In this document: piece after piece, positions 1 to 8,606 of the stretch
Numbering within the stretch: position 1 is the stretch's first letter
Layout: the number at the start of each line of letters is the position of its first letter
Origin: an uncultured virus (IMG/VR IMGVR_UViG_3300024343_000006)
Lineage: Duplodnaviria > Heunggongvirae > Uroviricota > Caudoviricetes
IMG/VR virus record: IMGVR_UViG_3300024343_000006
Strand: one strand, 5' to 3'
DNA: 20,000 nt
Made by a program: the position numbers and the translations under genes
The notes under the pieces: model-generated
What the model was told of the DNA's origin: nothing
Databases searched by the model: none
What the model saw: only the letters and a program-made list of their open reading frames with translations

Positions 1-1
1 T

Positions 2-319
2 GACTCGCTTTTCATACCGAATTGTGTGGCTGTGTCAGGAAGCAGTTTTGATACCCCTACTATCAGGCAGTTACTTACTAATGCAACTTTAATAATGGAT
101 AATGAGCCAAGAAGTAAAGAGATTGTAAAACTTCTTGACAAAAATATAAAGGCAGGTTATTCTGTTTGTATGTTTCCAGAACATATCCAACAAAAAGATA
201 TAAATGATATATTTTTACATAGCGGAATGACCATAGATGAGATTTTAGAGACGATAAATACAAATACCTTCACAGGTATTGAAGCGAGTCTTAAATTTAG
301 TACATGGAAAAAAATATGA
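2..319 (+). CDS. DNA primase, T4 gp61-like, C-terminal part (5'-truncated by window)
   Basis: Frame is open from nt 2 and reads DSLFIPNCVAVSGS...MDNEPRSKEIV...KDINDIFL...NTFTG...WKKI, the TOPRIM/C-terminal pattern of T4-like gp61 primases. Confidence 0.9.
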   Translation, partial: DSLFIPNCVAVSGSSFDTPTIRQLLTNATLIMDNEPRSKEIVKLLDKNIKAGYSVCMFPEHIQQKDINDIFLHSGMTIDEILETINTNTFTGIEASLKFSTWKKI

Positions 320-984
320 ATGTTAGAATGATTAGTTATAGTAAACCCTCTCGAGAGATGTATGATGAGGGTTTGTTAGATGTACAGGAGTTGGTTGCGT
401 TCTGTGCACGTGTGAGCAATCCAAGTAACCAATTCAACACAGAGACATCAGAGAAGTTAATTAAGTATTTAATTAAACATCAACACTGGTCACCACTAGA
501 GATGGTTAGTGCATGTTTAGAAATTGAAACTACTCGTGATATAGCAAGACAAATGCTACGTCATCGATCTTTCTCTTTCCAAGAATTTAGCCAACGATAT
601 GCAGATCCAACCAAAGACTTATCTTTCGTTCTTAGAGAAGCCCGACTCCAAGATACGAAGAATCGTCAAAATAGCGTTGAGAATAATAATCTAGCATTGG
701 CTGCATGGTGGGAAGAAAGGCAGAAGCGAGTTATTGAAGAAGCAAGAAATGCTTATGACTGGGCAATTACCAACGGTATTGCCAAAGAACAAGCAAGAGC
801 AGTACTACCAGAAGGACTGACTGTTTCTCGTTTGTACATGAATGGTACGTTGCGTAGCTGGATTCATTTTATCGAACTCCGATCTGCAAATGGTACACAA
901 AAAGAACACCAAGAAGTCGCACGTGAGTGCGCAAAGGTAATTGCTGAGGTATTTCCTCTAGCAAATGAATTAGTAAAACTATAA
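316..984 (+). CDS. thyX: FAD-dependent thymidylate synthase ThyX
   Basis: ThyX signature RHRSFSFQEFSQRY, plus HWSPLE, AKEQARAVLP and LRSWIHFIELR...QKEH. Start ATG 316 chosen because it overlaps the primase stop (ORF track starts at 304). Confidence 0.97.
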   Translation: MNVRMISYSKPSREMYDEGLLDVQELVAFCARVSNPSNQFNTETSEKLIKYLIKHQHWSPLEMVSACLEIETTRDIARQMLRHRSFSFQEFSQRYADPTKDLSFVLREARLQDTKNRQNSVENNNLALAAWWEERQKRVIEEARNAYDWAITNGIAKEQARAVLPEGLTVSRLYMNGTLRSWIHFIELRSANGTQKEHQEVARECAKVIAEVFPLANELVKL

Positions 985-1002
985 AGAATAACAGGGCAAG
1001 AT

Positions 1003-2796
1003 ATGGAAATTGTGCATGGCATAAAGGTTGACTACAACCGAGATAGTTTGTTTGACGAGTTGGGTAGAATTAGATTAAAAGAAAGTTACATGAAGGATGA
1101 TGAGGTAAGTCCACAAGAGAGATTTGCTTTTGTCAGTAAAACATTTGGGAGCAATGAAGAACATGCGCAGAGATTATACGACTACAGTAGCAATCATTGG
1201 CTCAGTTATTCTACTCCCATTCTTTCTTTTGGTCGCAGTAAGCGTGGTCTGCCTATATCATGTTTCCTTAATTATATTGAAGATACAGCGGAGGGTCTAG
1301 TTGATAATCTATCTGAAACAAATTGGCTTAGTATGTTGGGCGGTGGTGTTGGGATTGGCTTTGGTATTCGTTCGGCTGACGATAAAAGTACTGGCGTTAT
1401 GCCTCACCTCAAAATGTATGACGCATCTAGTTTGGCATACCGTCAGGGTCGCACCCGTCGTGGCAGTTATGCTGCTTACTTATCTATTGACCATCCAGAT
1501 ATCATCAGTTTTTTAGAGATGCGCAAGCCTACAGGCGACCAAAACATGCGTACTCTAAACATGCACCATGGGATTAATATCCCAGATGCATTCATGGAAA
1601 TCGTTGAAAAGTCAATGCTTGATTCTGATTTTGATGATTCTTGGAAATTGGTTGATCCAGCGTCAAATGAAGTTCGTGAAACAGTTTCTGCAAAAGAACT
1701 TTGGCAACGCATTCTTGAAATGCGTATGATGACTGGTGAACCATATCTACACTTCATTGATGAGTCTAATCGTAAGATGCCTCAACACTTGAAAGATCTT
1801 GGATTAAAAATCAACCAGTCCAATCTCTGTTCGGAAATTATTCTTCCAACTAATGAGAAGCGAACAGCTGTTTGTTGTTTGTCATCATTGAATTTGGAAT
1901 ACTATGATGAATGGAAAGATCATCCTTTATTCTTAAAAGATGTAGCTGAGATGCTTGATAATGTTCTTCAATATTTTATTGACCATGCACCATCTTCTAT
2001 TAAACGTGCTAAGTATTCTGCACAGCGTGAACGCAGCATTGGTATTGGTGCATTAGGTTGGCATGCTTATCTTCAAAAGAATAATTTGCCATGGGAATCT
2101 CCGATGTCTGTTGGTAGAAACAAACAGATTTTCAAAACAATTAGGGAGAAATTAAATGAAGCGAATATTGAATTGGGTAAAGAGCGTGGAGAAGCACCAG
2201 ATTGTGTGGGCACTGGATATAGGTTTAGTCATCTTATGGCTATTGCTCCCAATGCTTCTTCTTCCATTCTTATGGGGAATACTAGTCCTAGCATTGAACC
2301 TTATCGTGCCAATGCGTATCGACAAGATACTCTCTCAGGTTCTCACTTAAACAAGAATCGTTACCTTGATGTGGTTATTCAGAATGAATCAAAAACTCAT
2401 AAAGAAGGTTGGGCAGACGAAGTATGGTCTAGTATCATTGCGAATGATGGTTCAGTTCAGCACCTCGATTGGATGGAAGACTGGACAAAAGATGTTTTCA
2501 AGACTTCTATGGAAATCGACCAGCGTTGGGTCGTTCAACATGCGTCCGACAGACAAGAATATATTGACCAAGCACAATCGTTGAATGTGTTCTTTAGACC
2601 AGACAGTCATATCAAATACATCCATGCTGTGCATTTCCAAGCATGGAAACAAGGATTAAAGACTATGTACTACTGTCGCAGTGATAAGATCGCCAAAGCA
2701 GATAAAGTATCTAAGCGTATCGAACGTGAGGTTATCAAAGAGATTGATCTTCATGCACTAACAGAAGGTAATGATTGTCTGGCATGTGAGGGTTAA
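1003..2796 (+). CDS. nrdA: Class Ia ribonucleotide reductase alpha subunit (short, no obvious ATP-cone)
   Basis: Catalytic motifs ISCFL, SNLCSEI, VCCLSS, APNASSS, KTMYY and C-terminal CLACEG. Uninterrupted 597 aa. Confidence 0.97.
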   Translation: MEIVHGIKVDYNRDSLFDELGRIRLKESYMKDDEVSPQERFAFVSKTFGSNEEHAQRLYDYSSNHWLSYSTPILSFGRSKRGLPISCFLNYIEDTAEGLVDNLSETNWLSMLGGGVGIGFGIRSADDKSTGVMPHLKMYDASSLAYRQGRTRRGSYAAYLSIDHPDIISFLEMRKPTGDQNMRTLNMHHGINIPDAFMEIVEKSMLDSDFDDSWKLVDPASNEVRETVSAKELWQRILEMRMMTGEPYLHFIDESNRKMPQHLKDLGLKINQSNLCSEIILPTNEKRTAVCCLSSLNLEYYDEWKDHPLFLKDVAEMLDNVLQYFIDHAPSSIKRAKYSAQRERSIGIGALGWHAYLQKNNLPWESPMSVGRNKQIFKTIREKLNEANIELGKERGEAPDCVGTGYRFSHLMAIAPNASSSILMGNTSPSIEPYRANAYRQDTLSGSHLNKNRYLDVVIQNESKTHKEGWADEVWSSIIANDGSVQHLDWMEDWTKDVFKTSMEIDQRWVVQHASDRQEYIDQAQSLNVFFRPDSHIKYIHAVHFQAWKQGLKTMYYCRSDKIAKADKVSKRIEREVIKEIDLHALTEGNDCLACEG

Positions 2797-2798
2797 TA

Positions 2799-3338
2799 AT
2801 GTTAGAAGGTATAAATCAGTGGGACTCTTTCTTCACAAAAGAAGAATATGATAATGTTGACAAAGAACTATTAAATCATGAGTGGGTTTTTGGTGCCAGT
2901 CCCAATAATAATTTACTTGAAGGTAATAAGGTAAGACAATTCTGGTATAAAGACTTGATGGAGTCTGAATATATTAAAGAGTTGTTTAGATTCAGAACAG
3001 AAGATTATCTAAATGCAAAAGTAGAGACAATGCGTCTCTACGCAAATGGACAATCACATGGAATGGCAGGACATATACATGAGGATGTTCCACCAGATGA
3101 ACCTGGAATTTGTGGTAGTATAGTATATTTCTTTCAGGCTGACTGGAAACCAGAATATGGTGGGCATTTAATCTTCTTGTCACCAGAAGATCCAAACAGA
3201 GTGATGTTGTCAGTATTCCCGAGATCAAACTCCGCAGTTATATTCAACTCAAAGTTATCTCACATGGCATTCGATCCATCAGTATACTGTACAAATCAAA
3301 GAATAAGCATAGCATATAAATTTAGGGTAAAAGAATGA
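2799..3338 (+). CDS. 2OG-Fe(II) oxygenase superfamily protein
   Basis: HxD (HED), WKPEYGGHL, distal His (SHMA) and RxS (RISIAYK) motifs. Confidence 0.88.
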   Translation: MLEGINQWDSFFTKEEYDNVDKELLNHEWVFGASPNNNLLEGNKVRQFWYKDLMESEYIKELFRFRTEDYLNAKVETMRLYANGQSHGMAGHIHEDVPPDEPGICGSIVYFFQADWKPEYGGHLIFLSPEDPNRVMLSVFPRSNSAVIFNSKLSHMAFDPSVYCTNQRISIAYKFRVKE

Positions 3339-4327
3339 TAGCAAAAACAAAATCAAATCTAACAGATCAACGAACATATTTCAAACCATTTAATTATCCA
3401 TGGGCTTATGACGCATGGTTAAAACATGAACAAAGTCATTGGCTTCATACAGAAGTTCCAATGGCTGAAGACGTTAAAGATTGGAAGAAAAAACTAACTA
3501 ATGAAGAAAAACACTTCCTCACAAATATCTTTCGATTCTTTACACAGGGTGATATCGACGTGGCTGGTGGCTATGTTAACAATTATCTACCTTACTTCCC
3601 TCAGCCTGAGATTCGTATGATGCTTATGGGGTTTGCTGCACGTGAAGCACTTCACATTGCTGCTTACTCACATCTGATTGAAACTCTCGGCATGCCTGAA
3701 TCCACTTACAATGAATTTCTTGAATATCAAGAGATGCGTGACAAGCATGATTACGTTACAGAATTAAGTTCCAAGAATGGAACACTCTCTTCAACTGCAA
3801 CCCACATTGCCGTGTTCAGTGCTTTCACTGAAGGGATGCAGTTGTTCTCTTCGTTCATCATGCTTCTTAACTTTCCTCGTCATGGTATGATGAAGGGAAT
3901 GGGACAAATCGTTACTTGGTCTATCGTTGATGAAACAATGCACTCCGAGAATATGATTCGTCTGTTCAAAGAGTTTATTAAAGAAAATAATGAAATCTGG
4001 AATGATGAACTAAAAGGAAAGATTTATACCATTGCTGAGAAGATGGTTGAACTTGAAGATAAATTCATCGATCTCTGTTATGCCAATGGTGATATGCGTG
4101 AACTTTCTGCAGCTGATGTCAAACAATATATTCGTTATATTGCTGATCGTAGATTGATCAGTCTCGGCATGAAAGGTATCTACAAAGTCAAACGCAATCC
4201 ATTACCATGGGTTGAAGAAATGATCAATGCGCCAGTGCATGGTAACTTCTTTGAGAATCGTGTGACAGATTATGCTAAAGGTGCTTTGTCTGGTAGCTGG
4301 AATGATGTATGGGGGAAAGCAGCATGA
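3335..4327 (+). CDS. nrdB: Class Ia ribonucleotide reductase beta subunit
   Basis: Di-iron ligands FFTQGD, REALHIAAY (radical Tyr), FTEG and DETMH; C-terminal NFFENRVTDY. Confidence 0.97.
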   Translation: MIAKTKSNLTDQRTYFKPFNYPWAYDAWLKHEQSHWLHTEVPMAEDVKDWKKKLTNEEKHFLTNIFRFFTQGDIDVAGGYVNNYLPYFPQPEIRMMLMGFAAREALHIAAYSHLIETLGMPESTYNEFLEYQEMRDKHDYVTELSSKNGTLSSTATHIAVFSAFTEGMQLFSSFIMLLNFPRHGMMKGMGQIVTWSIVDETMHSENMIRLFKEFIKENNEIWNDELKGKIYTIAEKMVELEDKFIDLCYANGDMRELSAADVKQYIRYIADRRLISLGMKGIYKVKRNPLPWVEEMINAPVHGNFFENRVTDYAKGALSGSWNDVWGKAA

Positions 4328-4473
4328 TAGTAAAACAATTTAATTGCAATCATTGCGATGCAGAAGGAAAGATAACAATAAAGGGTGATGACTTTAATTT
4401 CGAAGATATCGTTCATTGCCCACTATGTGGTTCTGACATTTATGAAGAAGAAGGGTTAGACGAGGATGAATAA
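4324..4473 (+). CDS. Small Zn-ribbon protein, 49 aa, acidic tail (not in ORF track)
   Basis: Own translation: MIVKQFNCNHCDAEGKITIKGDDFNFEDIVHCPLCGSDIYEEEGLDEDE. Two CxxC pairs; ATGA overlap with the nrdB stop; fills the gap. Confidence 0.85.
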   Translation: MIVKQFNCNHCDAEGKITIKGDDFNFEDIVHCPLCGSDIYEEEGLDEDE

Positions 4474-4477
4474 ATAT
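4470..4477 (+). promoter_or_regulatory. Putative T4-like late promoter (ATAAATA)
   Basis: aTAAATAt at a gene junction just before ATG 4483. Short motif in AT-rich DNA. Confidence 0.45.
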
Positions 4478-4482
4478 GTCTT

Positions 4483-4905
4483 ATGTGGACATATCAAAAT
4501 ATCATTGTTGAAGAATTACCCGAATGTGTTGGCTTTGTTTATTTAATTACGAACAAAGCCAACAGTCGTATGTATGTGGGGAAGAAACTATCAAAGTTTT
4601 CTAAAACATCCTACAAAATGGTCACATTAAAAAATGGGACTAAGAAACGAAAGAAAATCAAATCTAAGATAGATTCTGATTGGTTAGATTATTATGGTTC
4701 CAGCGAAGAACTAAATAAAGATATACAGTCTCTGGGTAAGGAATCCTTTACTCGAGAGATTTTATTCTTTTGTAAATCAAAGGCTGAGTGTTCTTATATC
4801 GAGGCACGAGAGCAATTTGCAAGGAAAGTACTAGAGTCCGATGCATACTATAATGGACAGATATCTGTTCGAGTGCATGGATCTCATATAAAAAATAAAC
4901 TATGA
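4483..4905 (+). CDS. Standalone GIY-YIG nuclease-domain protein (Seg-like N-terminal domain)
   Basis: GFVYLITN...MYVGKK, YYGSS, FTREIL, conserved Glu (YIEA) and YYN. Only 140 aa. Confidence 0.85.
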   Translation: MWTYQNIIVEELPECVGFVYLITNKANSRMYVGKKLSKFSKTSYKMVTLKNGTKKRKKIKSKIDSDWLDYYGSSEELNKDIQSLGKESFTREILFFCKSKAECSYIEAREQFARKVLESDAYYNGQISVRVHGSHIKNKL

Positions 4906-6053
4906 CATATCTACTATTCGCAGTAGCATTATCCCTTTCAGCTGTTGCAGCATGGTACGCCATTGCTGGACTTTGCGCAATTTTTGCTGCAGCAGTGATA
5001 CCGATTGCCATTATGGGTTCTCTGTTAGAAGCAGCAAAACTTGTAGTTGCATCATGGCTTTATAGAAACTGGAATGAAATTCCAAAACTTATGAAGTCAT
5101 ATTTCACAGTATCATTAGTAATTTTGATGTTGTTAACTTCTATGGGTATCTTTGGTTTCTTATCAAAAGCCCACTTAGATCAAGCAATACCAACAGGTGA
5201 TGTTCAATCAAAGTTAGCTCTCATAGATGAAAAGATAAAAACCGAAAAGGAGAATATCAATGCAAGCCGTAAAGAACTTACTCAACTCGATGCTCAAGTG
5301 GATCAAACCCTCAGCAGAACAACCGAAGCCAGTGGAGCCGATCGTTCCATCTCCATCCGCAGAGGACAGCAAAAAGACAGAGCCAGAATCCTTACCGAAA
5401 TCGGTGCAGCGCAAACCAAGATCGCCAAGTACAACGAAGAACGTGCCCCGATCGCCAGCGAAGTCCGTAAAGTCGAAGCCGAAGTCGGTCCAATAAAATA
5501 CATTGCTGCAGTATTGTATGGTGATAATCCAGAAACAGACATATTAGAAAAAGCTGTTCGTTTCGTTACAATGCTTATCGTAGTAGTGTTTGATCCACTG
5601 GCTGTACTATTATTGATAGCAGCAAACTGGAATCTTTCACGTAGTAATAAAAAAGAAATAATTGATGCTGGAACTTTACCTGCTGAAGAACCACCAAAAG
5701 ATCATATTTTAAATATAGAAGATAATATCGAGTCTGAAGATAAAGTTACACCTATTCAGACCGATACTATAACAGAAGAAGATCTTGCTGTAACAGAACA
5801 GACTCATACGAAAGATTGGGAGCCAGAGTTATTTAATACTCTCCCGAATACCTACGTGACTCCTAAAGCAAATCACTTTATGACAAGCGTAAGAGAATTT
5901 CTTAAACCGAACAGAGATACTGCTCCAGGAGTTTCAGTTAAGACTATTGAGTATGATTCTGCAGGAAGAAGGATTACTCCTACAACTGAAGAAGAACGAG
6001 CTAAAACTATAGAAAAAGAAGTGGAAGATTTGCAAGACAAAAAACCTAAATAG
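4902..6053 (+). CDS. Multi-pass membrane protein with coiled-coil loop and acidic disordered C-terminus
   Basis: About three N-terminal hydrophobic segments, a heptad-rich central region, and a further TM (FVTMLIVVVFDPLAVLLLIAA). Confidence 0.85.
   Translation: MTYLLFAVALSLSAVAAWYAIAGLCAIFAAAVIPIAIMGSLLEAAKLVVASWLYRNWNEIPKLMKSYFTVSLVILMLLTSMGIFGFLSKAHLDQAIPTGDVQSKLALIDEKIKTEKENINASRKELTQLDAQVDQTLSRTTEASGADRSISIRRGQQKDRARILTEIGAAQTKIAKYNEERAPIASEVRKVEAEVGPIKYIAAVLYGDNPETDILEKAVRFVTMLIVVVFDPLAVLLLIAANWNLSRSNKKEIIDAGTLPAEEPPKDHILNIEDNIESEDKVTPIQTDTITEEDLAVTEQTHTKDWEPELFNTLPNTYVTPKANHFMTSVREFLKPNRDTAPGVSVKTIEYDSAGRRITPTTEEERAKTIEKEVEDLQDKKPK
5260..5496 (+). CDS. Candidate overprinted gene in the +1 frame: 78 aa Pro/Ser/Lys-rich protein
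   Basis: AAGGAG at 5247-5252, 7 nt before ATG 5260. The host gene's third codon positions shift towards C over this interval. Amphipathic N-terminus MQAVKNLLNSMLKWIK. Confidence 0.6.
   Translation: MQAVKNLLNSMLKWIKPSAEQPKPVEPIVPSPSAEDSKKTEPESLPKSVQRKPRSPSTTKNVPRSPAKSVKSKPKSVQ
6046..6052 (+). promoter_or_regulatory. Putative T4-like late promoter (CTAAATA)
   Basis: CTAAATA overlaps the upstream stop, about 30 nt before ATG 6084, at the head of the membrane-protein cluster. Confidence 0.5.
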
Positions 6054-6083
6054 ATCATAAGAATAACTATATGGGTTTAGCAA

Positions 6084-6641
6084 ATGGCAGAAATCAAAGT
6101 AGAAGCAAAACCTCTTTCTCGTTCTGAGAAAGAAGCACAAATCAAAGACAAAGCGGGGATGGTAATCTGCATTTTAGCAGCATTACTAGCCATCAACACA
6201 CTTGTTGGTGGATCAAACTCAAGCAAAATCCTAAACAACACAATCGAAGCCAACAACACTTGGGCATTTTATCAAGCAAAGTCTATTAAGCAGACTTTAG
6301 CAGAAATGGCATATGACGATGCAGTTCGTGCCAATGATAAGAAAAAGTCAGAAGTACTAAAAAGCAAAATTGACAGATATGAAACCGATCCAAAAACTGG
6401 AGAGGGTAAAGTTGAATTGATGGCAAAGGCTAGAGGATTAGAAGCTGAACGATCAGTAGCTAAACAGCGCAGTCCTTTCTATACTTACGCAGGCAGTTTA
6501 CTACAAATAGCAATTGTTTTATTGACAGCTAGTATTCTAGCAGTTAATCAAAATATGTTTAAAGCCAGTGTTGCAGTCGGAGCACTTGGAGCCTTTATTA
6601 TGTCTCAGGCAGTTTGGTTATGGATTCCATTGATGATTTAA
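6084..6641 (+). CDS. DUF4337-like membrane protein
   Basis: TM, then NNTWAFYQAKSIKQ (recalled DUF4337 motif), coiled coil, and LLQIAIVLLTASIL with two C-terminal TMs. Confidence 0.75.
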   Translation: MAEIKVEAKPLSRSEKEAQIKDKAGMVICILAALLAINTLVGGSNSSKILNNTIEANNTWAFYQAKSIKQTLAEMAYDDAVRANDKKKSEVLKSKIDRYETDPKTGEGKVELMAKARGLEAERSVAKQRSPFYTYAGSLLQIAIVLLTASILAVNQNMFKASVAVGALGAFIMSQAVWLWIPLMI

Positions 6642-6659
6642 CATAATCAGGAGAATGTT

Positions 6660-7274
6660 GTGGATCCGATTACTATTGGGTTGGCTTTTACTGCAGCCCA
6701 ATCAGCAGTTGGTTACATCAAGCAAGCCATTGCATTGGGTAAGGACATAAACAGTCTATCAGGACAGTTTAGTAAGTTCTTCGAATCTTCAGATGCTATA
6801 CATCGTGAACGAGCAAAGGTAAAAGCAAAGGCTAGTCGACTCGGCAAGACTGATGCTGAGTTGGGTCATGAAGCCTTGCAAATCGCTATGCATAGCGATG
6901 CTCTACGTCAAGCAGAGCGTGATCTTAAAGATATGATTCTTTGGCAATTGGGTAAGCCTGAACTGTGGGAACACATGATCAAGGAACGTACTAGATTGTT
7001 CAAGGAACGTGCAGAAGCAGAGCGTGAAGAAGCTGAGCGTGTATTAGCCCACAAAAAGAAAATGGCTGATATGTTTATTTTTGGCATGTATTTTCTAGCG
7101 GTATCTGCTATTGTATTTGCATTTATTATGGGTGGTGTTGGTATTTATGCTCAAGCAGAAGAAAAAAGAATTTATGAACAAAAGCTGGCACAAAGAAATC
7201 TAGTTCTGCGCCAGCAACAAAAAGAACGTGAAGCACGTGAAAAGAAAGAACGTGAAGATTATGCTAAAAATTAA
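6660..7274 (+). CDS. Helical membrane-anchored protein, paralog of 7548..8318
   Basis: GTG start with AGGAG at 6649-6653; MDPITI N-terminus; single C-proximal TM. Confidence 0.85.
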   Translation: MDPITIGLAFTAAQSAVGYIKQAIALGKDINSLSGQFSKFFESSDAIHRERAKVKAKASRLGKTDAELGHEALQIAMHSDALRQAERDLKDMILWQLGKPELWEHMIKERTRLFKERAEAEREEAERVLAHKKKMADMFIFGMYFLAVSAIVFAFIMGGVGIYAQAEEKRIYEQKLAQRNLVLRQQQKEREAREKKEREDYAKN

Positions 7275-7286
7275 AGGATATGAAGT

Positions 7287-7400
7287 ATGCACTTCAACAT
7301 AATTATTACAACGAACGATTTAATATTCCTTTTATCTACGATACCCTTATTGATGGTTTTTACTGTAATGTTTAAAGACTGGCTTAAAGATCGGAAATAG
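7287..7400 (+). CDS. 37 aa single-TM microprotein (not in ORF track)
   Basis: MHFNIIITTNDLIFLLSTIPLLMVFTVMFKDWLKDRK. AAGGA 8 nt upstream; hydrophobic core with a basic tail. Confidence 0.65.
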   Translation: MHFNIIITTNDLIFLLSTIPLLMVFTVMFKDWLKDRK

Positions 7401-7406
7401 AGTAAG

Positions 7407-7547
7407 ATGTATGAATGGATCTTAGCGTTAGCACTTGCGCAAGAACCTGTTAAAAAATGGCCAGAATGGGAATGTGTGCGATGGACATGGACTGGTGATG
7501 TTTATGAACGTCGTGTAGTTTGTTTAGAGTGGAGAAGGAGGAAATAG
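7407..7547 (+). CDS. 46 aa Trp-rich two-Cys microprotein (not in ORF track)
   Basis: MYEWILALALAQEPVKKWPEWECVRWTWTGDVYERRVVCLEWRRRK. Stop abuts ATG 7548. Confidence 0.7.
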   Translation: MYEWILALALAQEPVKKWPEWECVRWTWTGDVYERRVVCLEWRRRK

Positions 7548-8318
7548 ATGGATCCTCTAACACTCTTTGCACTGGCCAATGGAGCAGTTTCTGCGATCAA
7601 GGCTGGGTGTAAATTATACAAAGATATCAAAGGTGCAGCTGGAGATATAAAGGATGTGCTCAAAGATCTGGATGAGCAGTTTCATGGTAACTATGCAGCA
7701 AAGGGAAAGAAACCACCACCCGAAGCAATTAAACAGTTTAATGAAGAAAAATCTAGAATAAAAGATTTAAACAAGAAAGACACTGGTGACATTTATTTTG
7801 AACTTGGTCAACATCTTGGTGCTTTCTTTGACAACCAAGCAAAGTGTATAGCAGTATTTGAGGCAGAAGAAAAACGATCATATGATTTATATACAGGTGA
7901 TGATTCTCTAGGAAATCGTGCTCTTCAAAGAGTTTTGATGAAAAAGAAACTTGAGCAGATGGAAGTTGAGTTGCGTGAGATAATGATTTATCAAAGCCCA
8001 CCTGAATTGGGTGCATTATGGACTGAGGTGTTACAACAATCTAAGGTATTAAATGCAAGACAGTCTGCGGCACTCAAGCGTCATATTCAGATGCAAATGC
8101 AGCATGATAGAGAACATGCAGAATTGATGAGAAAGATAAAAACATTTTTTAAATGGTTTGCTATTTTTATGGGTGTGATTTTTCTTACAATGTCTGTAAT
8201 GTGGTTTGTGGTACAAGACAGGATACAAAAGTATCCACAGTTGGGGACTGATTGGGTTCCTAAAACTGATCAACAAAGAAGACAAGAAGCCATGCCCAAA
8301 CAATATATTGGACGCTAA
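7548..8318 (+). CDS. Helical membrane-anchored protein, paralog of 6660..7274
   Basis: Strong SD (AAGGAGG); MDPLTL N-terminus; C-proximal TM. Confidence 0.88.
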   Translation: MDPLTLFALANGAVSAIKAGCKLYKDIKGAAGDIKDVLKDLDEQFHGNYAAKGKKPPPEAIKQFNEEKSRIKDLNKKDTGDIYFELGQHLGAFFDNQAKCIAVFEAEEKRSYDLYTGDDSLGNRALQRVLMKKKLEQMEVELREIMIYQSPPELGALWTEVLQQSKVLNARQSAALKRHIQMQMQHDREHAELMRKIKTFFKWFAIFMGVIFLTMSVMWFVVQDRIQKYPQLGTDWVPKTDQQRRQEAMPKQYIGR

Positions 8319-8320
8319 AT

Positions 8321-8596
8321 ATGAAGACAATAGGATTATTACTGTTTGCTTTTTCACTGAATGTATATGCAAACCCATTTACATACAACTATCAAGTAAC
8401 CTGTGGTCCAATGGTGCCAATAATAAAATTTCTTTCTGAAAATCAACAAGAAAAATTAACATGGACAGGTTTAGATATAGCAGATGGTTCAGTATATTCT
8501 TTGTGGGAAGATAAAGATGGTAACTGGACGCTACTAAAAAAGAGTAAAGAAATTGCTTGCATTATAGGTTCTGGCACAAAGCCAAAGATTATATAA
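8321..8596 (+). CDS. Small secreted/periplasmic protein with two Cys
   Basis: Sec signal MKTIGLLLFAFSLNVYA; Cys in VTCG and IACII. Confidence 0.8.
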   Translation: MKTIGLLLFAFSLNVYANPFTYNYQVTCGPMVPIIKFLSENQQEKLTWTGLDIADGSVYSLWEDKDGNWTLLKKSKEIACIIGSGTKPKII

Positions 8597-8606
8597 AGGG
8601 ATATGA

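Noticed and set aside
1003..4327. Introns or inteins in nrdA/nrdB
   Set aside because: Both ORFs are continuous, of compact length and have all motifs. No intein or intron signatures seen.
7280..7375. Alternative 31-aa ORF MKYALQHNYY...
   Set aside because: Its ATG is only 1 nt from the AAGGA. The 7287 frame has proper spacing and a TM-like product.
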